Shown here piece after piece: positions 51,668 through 62,912 of a DNA stretch of 64,000 nt; position 1 is the first letter of the stretch, and each line of letters begins with the position of its first letter. The DNA is from Amoebophrya sp. A120 (lineage: Eukaryota > Protista > Dinoflagellata). A program made the translations under genes and the position numbers. A model generated the notes under the pieces. The model was given only the letters and a program-made list of their open reading frames with translations, was not told the DNA's origin and ran no database searches. The stretch is taken from the NCBI GenBank assembly GCA_905178155.1, contig CAJINV010000004.1, positions 3,187,014 to 3,251,013 of the forward strand. The letters are read 5' to 3'.

Positions 51668-54195
51668 TCAGACAATGTCAGCCAACAATCTTTCTGCCCC
51701 ATTTCGGACGGGCAGGAAAAGCTGCACACCCCTGGAAGGAGGGGGAAAAGGCGCGGAAAGCACTGCACCACCCGCGACAGCTGCACCAACTACACCGCCA
51801 TGGCAGCCGCTTCCACCTCCGATCATTGCTGACGCACTGGACAAAACCTGCACCCAATCGCCCCCGTTGTTGGAAGCAACTTCGTCCTCATCAAGTGGCA
51901 CCACTTCGACAACATCCCCGTACTGCGGATGATCTTCGTCCCCAATGGTGGAAAACCAGAGCGGGCGCGTGCGCCACAGAAGCCCATCCTTGGCGATGAT
52001 TTTCATCTTTTTGGTGCGGCGTCCGGGTCCGGCGGTGGCTAGACTTGATGCGCTTGTCCTTGCAGATTTTGGCGTGACAAGCTCACTTTCCTCATTGAAT
52101 ACTTCCTCTCCACTTTCCAGTCGGTTTCCTCCTGCTCGAGCTGCAGTAGATGTAGTACTTGTACTAGTACCTGATGACAGACAATACGGGATCACGCCGT
52201 GGTAAACCGCGTATCCCAAAACCAAGCCGTTGACCAAGTGCAACCACGTGCGAACACTTACCCGCACTGAATACTTCAAGTTCTCGTACGCCAGTCCAGC
52301 AACCCCCGCCACTTGCGCCCCGAGGAGCTTGGTGCGCACAGACTCGGAAACGTTTAGTGGGTTCAGCGCTGCAAAGCGGGCGGCCTGGAATAGCGGGAAC
52401 CAAACGACCCAGGGGTTTAGTCGGGTGGTGAAGTTGGTTTTGATGATATTTTTAGCTGGTATTGATGTAGAATTACTGCCGCTACTAGTTGTATCGTTCT
52501 TTCCAACTAGCTCCCCGTTCTCGTCGAACGCAAGGCAGTGCCGCAGGAAAGACTTGTAGAAAGCATCGGGTCGTTGTGTGACAAAGCCAGAGTTCTTTTC
52601 AACAGCGTGAGACGACGAGGTGGACCCGGCGTGGCCTGCTCCAGCAACATGCGTTGAAGGTGAACTTGTTGTATCGAGTCGTTCCCGAAACAGCAACGGC
52701 AACAGGGTGCGCTCCATGAACCCTGGACTCAATTCGTCCACTAGCCTCTGAGCCTGCTTCTCAACCTCGATGTACAGCTCGCGCTCGGTGCGGCGGCGCA
52801 CACAACCGTCGATGACCCAGTTGAGGGTCGGACGCAGAGCGTCGACATCGCGGAGGAGGTTGAGTAAGAGCAGCATGTCAATGTCGGACCGGATTTTGAA
52901 GAGGTCGGCGATTGCGGCGAAATCCTGAACAAGAGGTTTTGGGTTAAGTAGTATTTTACAGCGGTGTAGAAAACAGATGATGTCGATCTAGATTTCGTTC
53001 CGAATCGGCCCCACCTCCTGCTCCAGTTGTACACATGCAAGTCTAAATTTCAGATAGTAGGCTTCGAGCATCCAGAGGACGGAAAACGCAAAGCACAACA
53101 AAGAAGTGCAAGTTGTAGTACATTTTTCCGTATCGCGGCAACCACAGAAGCAAAATCCTCATAGGAAATCTTGCCAGAAGCACCCACATCTCCAGCCCCG
53201 CCTTGCTGTTGCTCCTCCTTCCCGTCAGAAATCCCATTACCGTCGTTCCGCGCCGCACTGTGTCGCAGCATTTGTTCCCGCCGGACACAGTGTCTTGTGT
53301 ACAACTCATCCGTCTTCAAACCCTGCTTCCGCACGTACGACACCCCTTTCGCAAAAACCTGCACTAACGCTAGTAACCCCGCAAACTGCACCCAGCGGAG
53401 GGACGCCTTTGGCCTGTTCGCGCTTTTCACATACGATTTCAGCTCCGCTGTCGCTTTTCCGTATTCACCCTGCTGAGCCTTTCGCTGCGCAAACTCCCAA
53501 CTGTTTCGCAGTTGCCTCTGCAACACTGAAAACTCCAAAGACTTCGCATCCTTCACTCTCGCGAACAGTGTCGCACCGCCGGCAAACCAGACGAAATCGC
53601 GCAGCATCGCCTTCCCGCCGTCGATGGAGAAGTCTAGAATCCCGGCTGGCGTGTGCAGATCCGAAACCAAAGAGGTCGGAGTAGTAGCGGAAAGGAGGAC
53701 GTACCCCGACAAGCCTGCGGCGGCCGCGAGGAGATAGCGATGGAGGGAATTTGTTGATGTTGACGCGCCAGAAGCTGCGTCATGATAATTTGAGTCCTGC
53801 TCCGATCTGCCGTTTGATTGCGAGTGCGGCACTGAGGAAGATGGAAAAGAAGTAGAGAAAGACCTTCGTAAAAGGATTGCAGGTCTATCTTCTGACGAGC
53901 CTCGTGCTTGCTGTCTGTGGACTCCAGTTAGTACTCGCCCGACATGCAATTTTCGCGCAGCCTGCTGCTGGAGATACGTTACTTTCTGATCCGCACAATG
54001 CAATAATTCCGCGATCCTCGGTGTTGTTCCCAGCCGCCGGGAGCGGCAAGAACCCGCGGTGCTACTACTGGACGTCCCCGTCGCCAGATCGGTCAGGCGC
54101 TTGATTGAAACCATCGTACTATCGAGACCGGCCCGCGCGTTGCGTCGAGAGCCCGGTAGCAGGCGAAGTCGTCCCGGGGGCAGCAGGGAAGTCAT
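51668..54195 (-). CDS. Hypothetical 2-exon membrane protein, possibly mitochondrial
   Basis: Arg-rich N-terminus ending LLRRSFSTS; a GT-AG intron at ~52924-53121 joins IRKN|DFAAIADLFK in frame. Confidence 0.55.
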
Positions 54196-54869
54196 TTTTC
54201 TCCTGTATAAATATGTCTTTTTACGAATCTGCAAAGTAGATTTACCTGCACTGCTAGCGCTACGAGAAAGATCAGAGTATCAAAAATAAAGCTTCTCAAG
54301 GTGTGACGCGCAAAATACTTGTCAGAAATAGGTCGTCCTGTTACTGTAGGATCCCGCTCCTGTTCTTCCAGGACACATGATTATAGATTATAAGTCGACA
54401 GAAAAACAAATGCTCTGCTACTCAGTGCGCAATGGATAGCAAAAAACTGGAGGAAGAAGATGCAGTGCAGGCGGTACCGTCAGACACATCACGATCAAAA
54501 CACAAAACAGTAAACATGGATGATCGTGTGTGTTGGGGTGGGGGTGTTCTAGGTGCTTTTGAAACAAGCTCATACATAAAGCTTGTTCAAAAGTAATCCT
54601 TTATCCTTCATTGTTCGGACCTCTGTAGTGTGCTGATCGTGTGCCACGGTGTTCAAAAAACTGCAGTTACTCTTTGTTCTTGAACAGGAGGCCACGATCC
54701 GATAATGCTGGAAAATAGCGTGCGCCACGAAATTTTTCCGCTTGTTGTGGCTCTTGCATGCATTGCGCACTTAATACCGCGCGTTTCCTCATCCACGTGA
54801 TGCTAGGCATGTTCTACTTGTTCATCCCTGAAAAAAACTGGTGTTAGTCTTGAAAAAGTGTCACTCGAT

Positions 54870-57800
54870 TTCTTCGCAATTGGCGCAACATTCCTTCATA
54901 CGGACTGCAGTTCGGATCTTCACTGTAGTAATCTATCCAGCACGAGAATTTTTCCAATTTCTCATGCATACCACGCACGGGCCCGAAGCTCACCAGCGTG
55001 TCCCAAAGCTCTTGCAAAGATTTGGGCCAGGAACTTTTCGCCGCTTGTCCTCTCGCTTCTCCTTCGAAAACCTACGAGTGTTCTGCACGAGTCGAAATGA
55101 TTGATAGACGCGCTCGCAGAATGGATCCAGCGAAAAAACATAAACAAAACGTAGAAATTGAAATACACTGCAAACCCAAATAAGCATGTAACATAAGCAA
55201 GTAGCCACTTCAGTTCGACAAGATGACTACGCAGCGGGCTCTGCAAAGGGAAATCGAAATCCTTGAAAGTGCTATCAGTTCTTCTTACCTGCTCCTGACC
55301 ACCCCCGGATGAACTACCCTTGACGTCCAACTGCTGCAAAAATTCCGGCACGAGGCGCACGTGCCGCGACGGAAAGTGCACTGCAAATTCCTTCCACGGT
55401 AAAAAGTCCGCGAACGGAAACCGCAAGGCGTCCGACAACACCACCGGAATACACCCACTAAAGAAAGATTCAAAAACCCGTCCGTTCGTGTAGCCGACGC
55501 CCTTCGGCACGAGGCAGAACTTGCAGTTCCCCATGGTTTCGTAGTACTTCACGACGGGCGTCAGGTGCCCGCCCAGGCTCGTTTTGTAGGAAAAACTGTT
55601 TTCCCCAAACTTGTCCTGCTCCAGCGCCCACTGCTGAATCTGGGCACGGATCTTGCTCGCGGGGAGCATATGGCGTTCTCAACTGTTACATTCTCAGCTG
55701 TTACATGGATTTGTGATGCAAGAGCAGCAATATGGAAAGGGGCAGGCTTGCGAGTCTCGCATCACAAATCTGCAACAGATTTAGAAAGATGCTGTTTAGC
55801 TCTCTGATGATTTGTCATGCGAAGCACCTTAATCTTCTGGCGACTTATTGGGATTTTGCATGACAAATCATGTAACAGCTGAGAATGTAACAGTTGCGAG
55901 CGCCATAGAGCACGTTTGACGTTTCGAAGTCAAACGGCGGCTTCGTCACCGTTTCCTCGTACAGGGAATGTTGCAACGCGCCCCGGAAGCAGAAGAGAAA
56001 CTCTCTTTCCGCATACGGCTTCCGATACAGCCGAAACTTCCGCATCGCGAAGAAATCGATGTGCTGGGGCAGGACCACGTCTTTCCGCTCGTCGAAGCAG
56101 TCCAGACAGTGCTGCGTGGCGTTTATCCACAGAAAAAACCCATCAACGTCCACTTTTTGCATGACAAACACAGGACTTGATACATGTTTTGCACGACAAA
56201 TTGGATGTGGATGGGTGTTTTCTCCTGGATAGCGTTGGTGTCGATCATGTCCAGCGGGTTGGATTCGACGACGAGCAAGATCGCTTTGTCCACCCGCAAC
56301 TCCGGATGCGCGACGAGCTCCCTAGCCCCCCAGAATTCGTGCGCGAAGAGGAAGATGTGGTCTTTTTTGCGGAAGCTGTCGAAGTACTGCAACGTGGGGA
56401 ACAGCTCTCGGTACGCTTCCCGCATCACCTCCGTACTGTCCTGCAACGGTGGGTCAAACGCCTCGCGCTGGTACCCATTGTGGTAGAAGGGGACGAAAAA
56501 GAAGTCGGCGAGATCGGGGTCGGTGGTACGGCAGAAGGACTGCTCGAGCCACCGGTGCAGCAGAACCTCGATGCCTTCCTGTCCGAAGGACGTCGAGAGC
56601 CGGAGGTTCGTGTATTTTTGGACGGTCGGGTTGTCGTACACATAGACGGTTTTTTTCATCTTGCTGATTCTATTTCCATCTTCGGAAGTTGTAGTACTTC
56701 TAGAACCCTGATTTGTTGCGCCGGCACATGAATTCGCTGTGGTCTTATTTCGATTTTTCATTTTCCCCCACGACTGCAGCTGTTCTCCTGATTGGCCTTC
56801 TTCTGTGCCGTCCTCCCGCAAGCGTTCTCCATACACCAAGGGCACCAGCGGCTGCACCCACTGCAACACATTCAGGTTCCCCTCCGCCAGTGCGACGAGG
56901 ATACGATAGGCGTTCAGGGTTTCGGTCGCACCGAGCTGCTTCTCGACCAGTGGCAGCGAGTTCACCTATCCTGTGCAAAAGTATCGCACAGTACTCGTAT
57001 TGCAATCAATCTTTTTCTTAAGGTAAATTCGCATTACAAATTTTATTTCTCATGTGTGTAAATGCATTTATACGAATACGATACTTTTGCAGTTCATATC
57101 ACCAAAATCGTCGCAATCAGGAACTGGTACCAGGATTTTGAAAACTTCGGAAAATCAGCGGCAGTAGAGGAGGTCGATATTCCAGGAGCAGGCTTGATAC
57201 CGCCGCCTTCGTGGTCTGCTAGTTCTTGTGCCCGCGCGACGTGCTGGTCAGAGCTAGAAGAAACAGTAGCTGCGGAAGAGTCTGTGGCTGCGCCTCCACT
57301 CCCAACATGACCACTGAAGTAGTCCGGTGGTGCGGATAAAATGCACAGTCCGTCCTGAACCAATCGGGAGTAGAGTTCGAAGCAAAACTTTCGGTGGTCG
57401 GTCGGTAGGACCGTGGAATCCAGAAAACCCGCGTAGTATTCCACGTGCTCCCATTCCTCTGGATGCAATACCTTTTCGTACAGGCAGGCGAGAGCAAACT
57501 CATTTCCGCACAGAAAAAAGTAAAAACATGCTAGTACCGCGGTGCGAAAAAAAAGAGCGCAGAGGGCCCCCGCGTTGCAGGGGTCGTGACTGGACCTGGA
57601 ATGGTACGTGACGGAACGTCTTCTGTTCTTGAGTTTACCCCACGCGGACGGAGGCAAAAAATGTGGGAAGAAAGACCGCAGACGAAATCTTCGCTTTCGT
57701 CCTCGTGTTCTTGTTTTGCGGCGCCATCTGCAGCTTCCGGACCATCTGGCTCCTGGACGATGTTCTTTAGGTCCACCATGTATGTTAATGTTGATCGTCC
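54870..57800 (-). CDS. Exostosin-like GT47 glycosyltransferase, multi-exon
   Basis: KTVYVYD, RTTDPDLADFFFVPFY, KDHIFLFAH, CFDERKDVVLP, LFCFRGA, YYETMGNCKFCLVPKG...RVFESFFSGCIPVVLSDALRFPF. Gene ends are approximate. Confidence 0.85.
55669..55907. mobile_element. Introner family A
   Basis: TATGGCGTTCTCAACTGTTACATTCTCAGCTGTTACATG / CATGTAACAGCTGAGAATGTAACAGTTGCGAGCGCCATA; TSD GAGCA. Confidence 0.9.
56124..56231. mobile_element. Mini-introner family F (108 bp, nearly a complete hairpin)
   Basis: TATCCACAGAAAAAACCCATC / GATGGGTGTTTTCTCCTGGATA; TSD GCGTT; join DTNA|TQHCLDCF. Confidence 0.9.
56967..57098. mobile_element. Introner family B
   Basis: TATCCTGTGCAAAAGTATCG / CGATACTTTTGCAGTTCATA; TSD TCACC. 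Confidence 0.9.
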
Positions 57801-58971
57801 ATGCTGCAGCATCACCTCGTGGTTCTTGTGCACTTCGTGCCGGGGCCGCATCTTCACGGCCGCGAGACACTGCTTTATTGCCCTCCGTTCCTCCACGGCA
57901 CATCGCATGGTGCTTCTGAGAGGATTCGAACAGAACGGCTCAGCCTCACACCTTTCTTGTACTTCTGGTTCTATACCAACCTGGCTCGGCCTAAACTAAA
58001 CCAGAATCAACGATGTTGAATCTCCTCACGACGGACCAACCTCCGCGATCATGTGTTTAAAAGTCGTCGAACCCTCCAATGGGTTGCCGTTTCCTGGCGT
58101 ACTGGCTGTCGCGACCGAAGAAGCCAATGCAGGCCAACACGACACTGACCAGCAAGGCAAGTAACACGTAGTAGGCAAACATGATTTTTTTTTTGCTTCG
58201 TGTTCGGATTTCGAAGGTGGTGTTGATGTACGCTTTTATTACAGTCGAGCGAGTGCGATGGTGCAGAAGTTCGACGATTATGCACAATCAAGGCATGGCA
58301 TACGTTTGAGAACCAGCAGATTACAGCACACTTTCAACACCTTGTCGTGGCCAGAAAACATCCTATTTCGAAAAGCAGGTGCAGGGCAGCCGTAGCGTGA
58401 ATGCATGGACGGCTGCTCCACCCGAGTCAGTGCCTGCGTTTGCTGAAAAGGATGTGGAACACGTTATGGTTCTCTCACACGACTACGAGAGCTTCGAAAG
58501 CTTCCACGACTTCATCACCCGCATCTTTCCATTTGATGATAGTCTGAGCACTTCACTGAGATACTAACGTTCACATCGCAACGACAACGTCATCTTGACC
58601 AGTACGCAAGCCCGACAGGCCGATAGTTTCAGTCTCATCGTATGTCTACTTCCACAAGCAAGAGGACTGATGATCGAAAGACTGACCTTCAACGTCGGAA
58701 CTGACATGCGCAAGCACTGTCGGGTCGTGTTCGTATCGATATTGAACGTGATTAGTACGACAGCATAGTACTTCGTCGAGGTCGATACGCAGAGATGAAT
58801 AAGAGGTTAATAGATACTGTACTGCATTCATACATGCGAAACTTGATGGAGGTGGGAGTGGAAAAATTTACGGGGGAAGATCATCGTCGTCAGTATCTTC
58901 ATCTTGCTAGCATAGAAAAAATCACATACGACGGGGGCAACGAGAAATCTAATATCACAATTGTATCGCGT

Positions 58972-61900
58972 TCAGACACTGTTAAAGTTGTCTTGTGACG
59001 CGTTTCCTTTACTGGTGACACGCCTGCTGGATTTCTGCCACGTGCCGTCGTTGGCGGTTTCCAGGTTGCCGCTCACCTGCGTTTTCAGGCGCGCGAAGCT
59101 CTGGCGCATCTTCGAGCCCCGCAGGTGGTTGTGCGCCGTGGCGGTCGGGTTGGCCGTTGATGATGCTGATGTGCCAGAGAAATCAAGAGGACCAGAAAAA
59201 GCTCCTGCTGGTGCCGCATCCCCTGAAGAGGACATCACCGCGACGTCTTTGATTACAACGGTTTTATTGTTACTTCGGGTCTTTTTGGGGTACTGAATGA
59301 ACGCCGGCTGGTCCTCGTTGTGAAACATGCTTTTTCGCGGTTTATTTGTTCCAAAAATCATATTACCCCCCGACGCCGATTGGATGGAGGTCACCGACGA
59401 ACCTGCCCCAGGTGGAACAGCTGGTGCACCTCCAAACTGCACGACTGGGGACAGGTGCACAAAGGTGGAGCCCCGTCCAGAAGTGCTGGGGCTTCGATTG
59501 ACGTTGATTGCACTGGTGCTCCCAACTAGTACACCTGCGCCACCTTGATGCGGATCCCCCTGGTGATGTTGTTCTACCGCTTTCACCCGCGCGTGCTCCA
59601 TCTCGACCTGCTTCCGTGCGAGCATCATCATGGTCCGCAACTTCCGGGCCTTTTCCGTGACCGCGAGGCTATGGGAGTGCGCGGTGTCCAGGTCGGGCAG
59701 GCACTTGGCCTTCTCCAGCGACTTCGCCTCCTCGTAGTTCGCCCGGGAGATCTTCACGATGCAGACTTCGTGCGAAGAAATCCACGCGGAATACGCCGGA
59801 GTGATCCTCTGGTACCCCTCCGCGCCGGTGTCCCCCCGCGGGACCAGCGCCTCGATGTTCAGGACCGCGTTCGAGCCCAGGTCCTGCTGGAACTGCGACA
59901 AAGGCAACGCCGAGCCGTGCGAAAACACGTGGTGGTGCGCGATGCGCACGACCCCGGTGAGCACGATAATCATGTCGTCGCAGGGTTTGCCGGCCTGCAG
60001 CAAAAAGTCCTCCTGTTCCGGCAACGCCGAGTGGCTGTTCTTCTTCACGCGCACCTCGACCTGCGCGCCCGTCGCCAGCAGCCAGCGCAGCGCCTTGCCG
60101 CCGATCCACCCCTCCCCGACCTGCCGCATGTGCCCGGTCTGAAACCGCCACGGCAGGCGGCTTTTTAGCATGCTGGTCCAGGACGCGCGAGAAGAACTAT
60201 GGATGTGTCAGGTTTGAAATCGTCAGAGTTGAATAAATAGTTTGTCATGCATAAAATGGATGCCAGTTGGAGCCCAGTTTTCAATTGGCGCATGACAAAT
60301 TTTGGCGATGCCTAAATCCAGTTTGTGATGCTGTTTGGGTAAGGAAGACGCCTTTTGTCATGCTACTTTAGCAGCTCTATTTCTATCCCTCAACAGGCTT
60401 GCAATCTGCCTCCCTTGCCTACTCTGCAAGACAGGCACTTTGTGGGTTGCATTTTATGCATCACAAATTATTTCAACTTTGACGATTTCAATCCTGACGC
60501 TTCCATAAGAACCTGCTGCGTCGTGGTCGGACAGCAGTTCTTCCCGGCCAACTGAACCTTCCATCCGAGTCTTATGAACTGCAAAAGTATCGCACTCGTA
60601 TAAATGCATTACAAATTTCCTCAGCGTGAAAAATAAAATTTGTAATGCTGATTTACCTTAGGGAAAAGATTTTTTGTGATGCATGATTACAATACGAGTA
60701 CGACACAACTTTTGCACAGGATAAGTCTTACTCACGGCCAGTTCGTGGAACAGTTCCGGCCCGGGGTAGTTCTCCCGCAGGTGCGCACACAAGACCGCAA
60801 TCTCGAAGGGCGTCAACGGACTCTCGGCCAGCGCCTTGTTGAAGACGCGCATGCTCATGGGGTCCACGTTGTAGAAGTGTTGGCCACCGCGGAGCTTCGA
60901 GGCCGGCTCGTGGACCATCTTCGTGAGTTCCAGCAGCTGCTCACGCTCTTCCAGTAGTTCATCCCCTTGCGACGCTTGACTCTTCATCGCAATGCCGCTG
61001 CCGCTAGCACTGCTGACCGTGGAATTATGGTGTCGCCCGGTCATTTCCGACATTGTCTGCAGCTCGATCTGTGAGGCGTTCTTTCGTTTATTGTTGGCAG
61101 ATTTGGTATTCCTCTTGGATCCCGAGTTAATTATATCGTCTGCTGATGTGCTGTTGTTTTCCTTGTTATCTACGCTTGTTCCAGCAGCAGCTCCAGTAGT
61201 CGCAGCAGCACCAACGGTTGTTCCCCCTTCCTCGTCGCTGCTCGAGGTTTCCATGCTGAGCGCGCCGTGCAGCAGCGTTTTCGCGACGTCCTCCTTGGCT
61301 TCGAGCACCTCTAGGGGCAAAGCCGCAGACTCGTCGTCGAACTCCTGGCCGAGAATCTCCTCGAAGATGTCCTCTTTGGAGAAGACGCCGATATGGCGTT
61401 CTCAAATGTTACATTCTCAACTTGTCATGCAAGAATGGGAAAAGTGAAAGGGGGGAGGTTGCACCTGTAGCATTACAAGTTCCGGACCGATTTAAGTGGT
61501 GTCTAGCCCTTCGCAAATTTGTCATGCGAAGCAGCTTGAACTTGATCGTGTGAATGATGATAGTGTTTTTGCATGACAAATTCATGTAACAGTTGAGAAG
61601 GTAACCGATTTGAGAACCCCATAGCCGAGTAACTTTCGCGTGTCCTCCTCCACGACCAGCGCGAGGTGCGCAATGGTGTATGACAGTGCACAACTGCCCC
61701 TCCCCTTCATTTGTCATGCAAAATACCCAGCCCATCCTTTGTCCCTTGGCACTGAATGCATGACAAGTTCTGGTAGCCCAAATAGCAGTGCAATCCAGTA
61801 GACATTATTTGTCATGCAAAACCGGCACTGTTGCTGATGCTTGTATTGCCGTTCATGCTATACAAATGAGGGAAAGGGGGAGTTGTGCAATGTCATATGG

Positions 61901-62912
61901 TGCCCTTTTTGAACACATTGATGGCGAACCCGCAACTGTGCTGCGGGTAGAAAGTCACGTACGTCCGGGCAAACATCTGGAGGAAATCCTTCACGGGCAT
62001 GGCGTCATCCGGGTCCACAAGCATCAAATCTCGTGTGAGGAGAATCGCGACAATGCTGTGTTCGTCCTCCAGGGAGTAGATGGGCACCCGGGAAAAGCCA
62101 GACTTCCAGATCAAAGCCACGGTGTCGTAATCTAGAATGGTGTTAAACGGCAGCTTGAACACGTCTGGAAACGGCGTCATCACGTCGGTTACCTTTTTGT
62201 CCTTAAAGGAAAGCGCGCCTTGCAACACCTGTTCCTCCAGACTGGACAAGTGCGCCGCCTGCGCCTGCACCTTGAGCAAGTACATGAGTTCCTTGCGGCT
62301 GTAGCTGGTGCCCAGCTCCTCGCCCAGCACGTAGTCCAGCGCCTTCGCGATCGGAAAGGCCAGGGGGAACAGCAAAAACCCGAAGACGTACACGACCCAG
62401 ATTGTGTGCGCGCCGACGAGGAGCGCGTAGCGGGAGCAGGCAGACTGGGGCACGATCTCGCCGAAGATGACGATAACCCCCGAACTGACGATGAAGCCCA
62501 TGACCCCGCCGGCCATGTCGCCCATAAAGATCGCGAGCGCGGCATTTACCATCACGTTCCCGAGGAGAAGCGTGCAGAGCAGCAAATTCCCGTGTTTCCG
62601 CACCGGGTAGATGCGTCGCGCGTACTTCTTCTGCTCCTCGTCGTCGCCGTTGATGACGATCTCCAAGCCCGCGAGGTCGAGGCCGAGCAACCCCAGAGTT
62701 AGCCCGGAGAACAGCCCGGATAGACAGATGAGGATCACCACCATGACGTAGTCGAGGAAGCTGCTGCCCTCCGAGGCTTTGAACCCGCAGTAGCCTTCCA
62801 CATTCGCGCCGCAGCTGCAGTCCGCATCCGCCGTGCACACCAGTTGGCCCCGCAACGACGTGTAATTGGCGAAGATCGCCGTGTAGTCCGTCAATGGACT
62901 GCTGTCCGCCAT
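58972..62912 (-). CDS. CNNM: CNNM/DUF21 metal (Mg2+) transporter with a CBS pair and cNMP-homology domain; 5 exons, all 4 introns are introners
   Basis: LSGLFSGLTLGLLGLD, LLCTLLLGNVMVN, IFGEIVPQSAC, DVMTP, SGFSRVPIY. Joins give FKKGTIAHLALV and LLGVFSKEDIFEEILG; the C-terminus has MIIVLTGVV. Confidence 0.92.
60198..60507. mobile_element. Introner family G
   Basis: TATGGATGTGTCAGGTTTGAAATCGTCA / TGACGATTTCAATCCTGACGCTTCCATA; TSD AGAAC. Confidence 0.9.
60573..60723. mobile_element. Introner family B (inverted relative to 48793 and 56967)
   Basis: TATGAACTGCAAAAGTATCG / ACTTTTGCACAGGATA; TSD AGTCT. Confidence 0.9.
61392..61623. mobile_element. Introner family A
   Basis: TATGGCGTTCTCAAATGTTAC / GTAACCGATTTGAGAACCCCATA; TSD GCCGA. 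Confidence 0.9.
61679..61897. mobile_element. Introner family C (inverted relative to 7317)
   Basis: TATGACAGTGCACAACT / AGTTGTGCAATGTCATA; TSD TGGTG. Confidence 0.9.

Noticed and set aside
58057-58960. Small TM peptide (minus strand) and fragmentary plus-strand ORFs
   Set aside because: Too short or interrupted, with no recognisable similarity.
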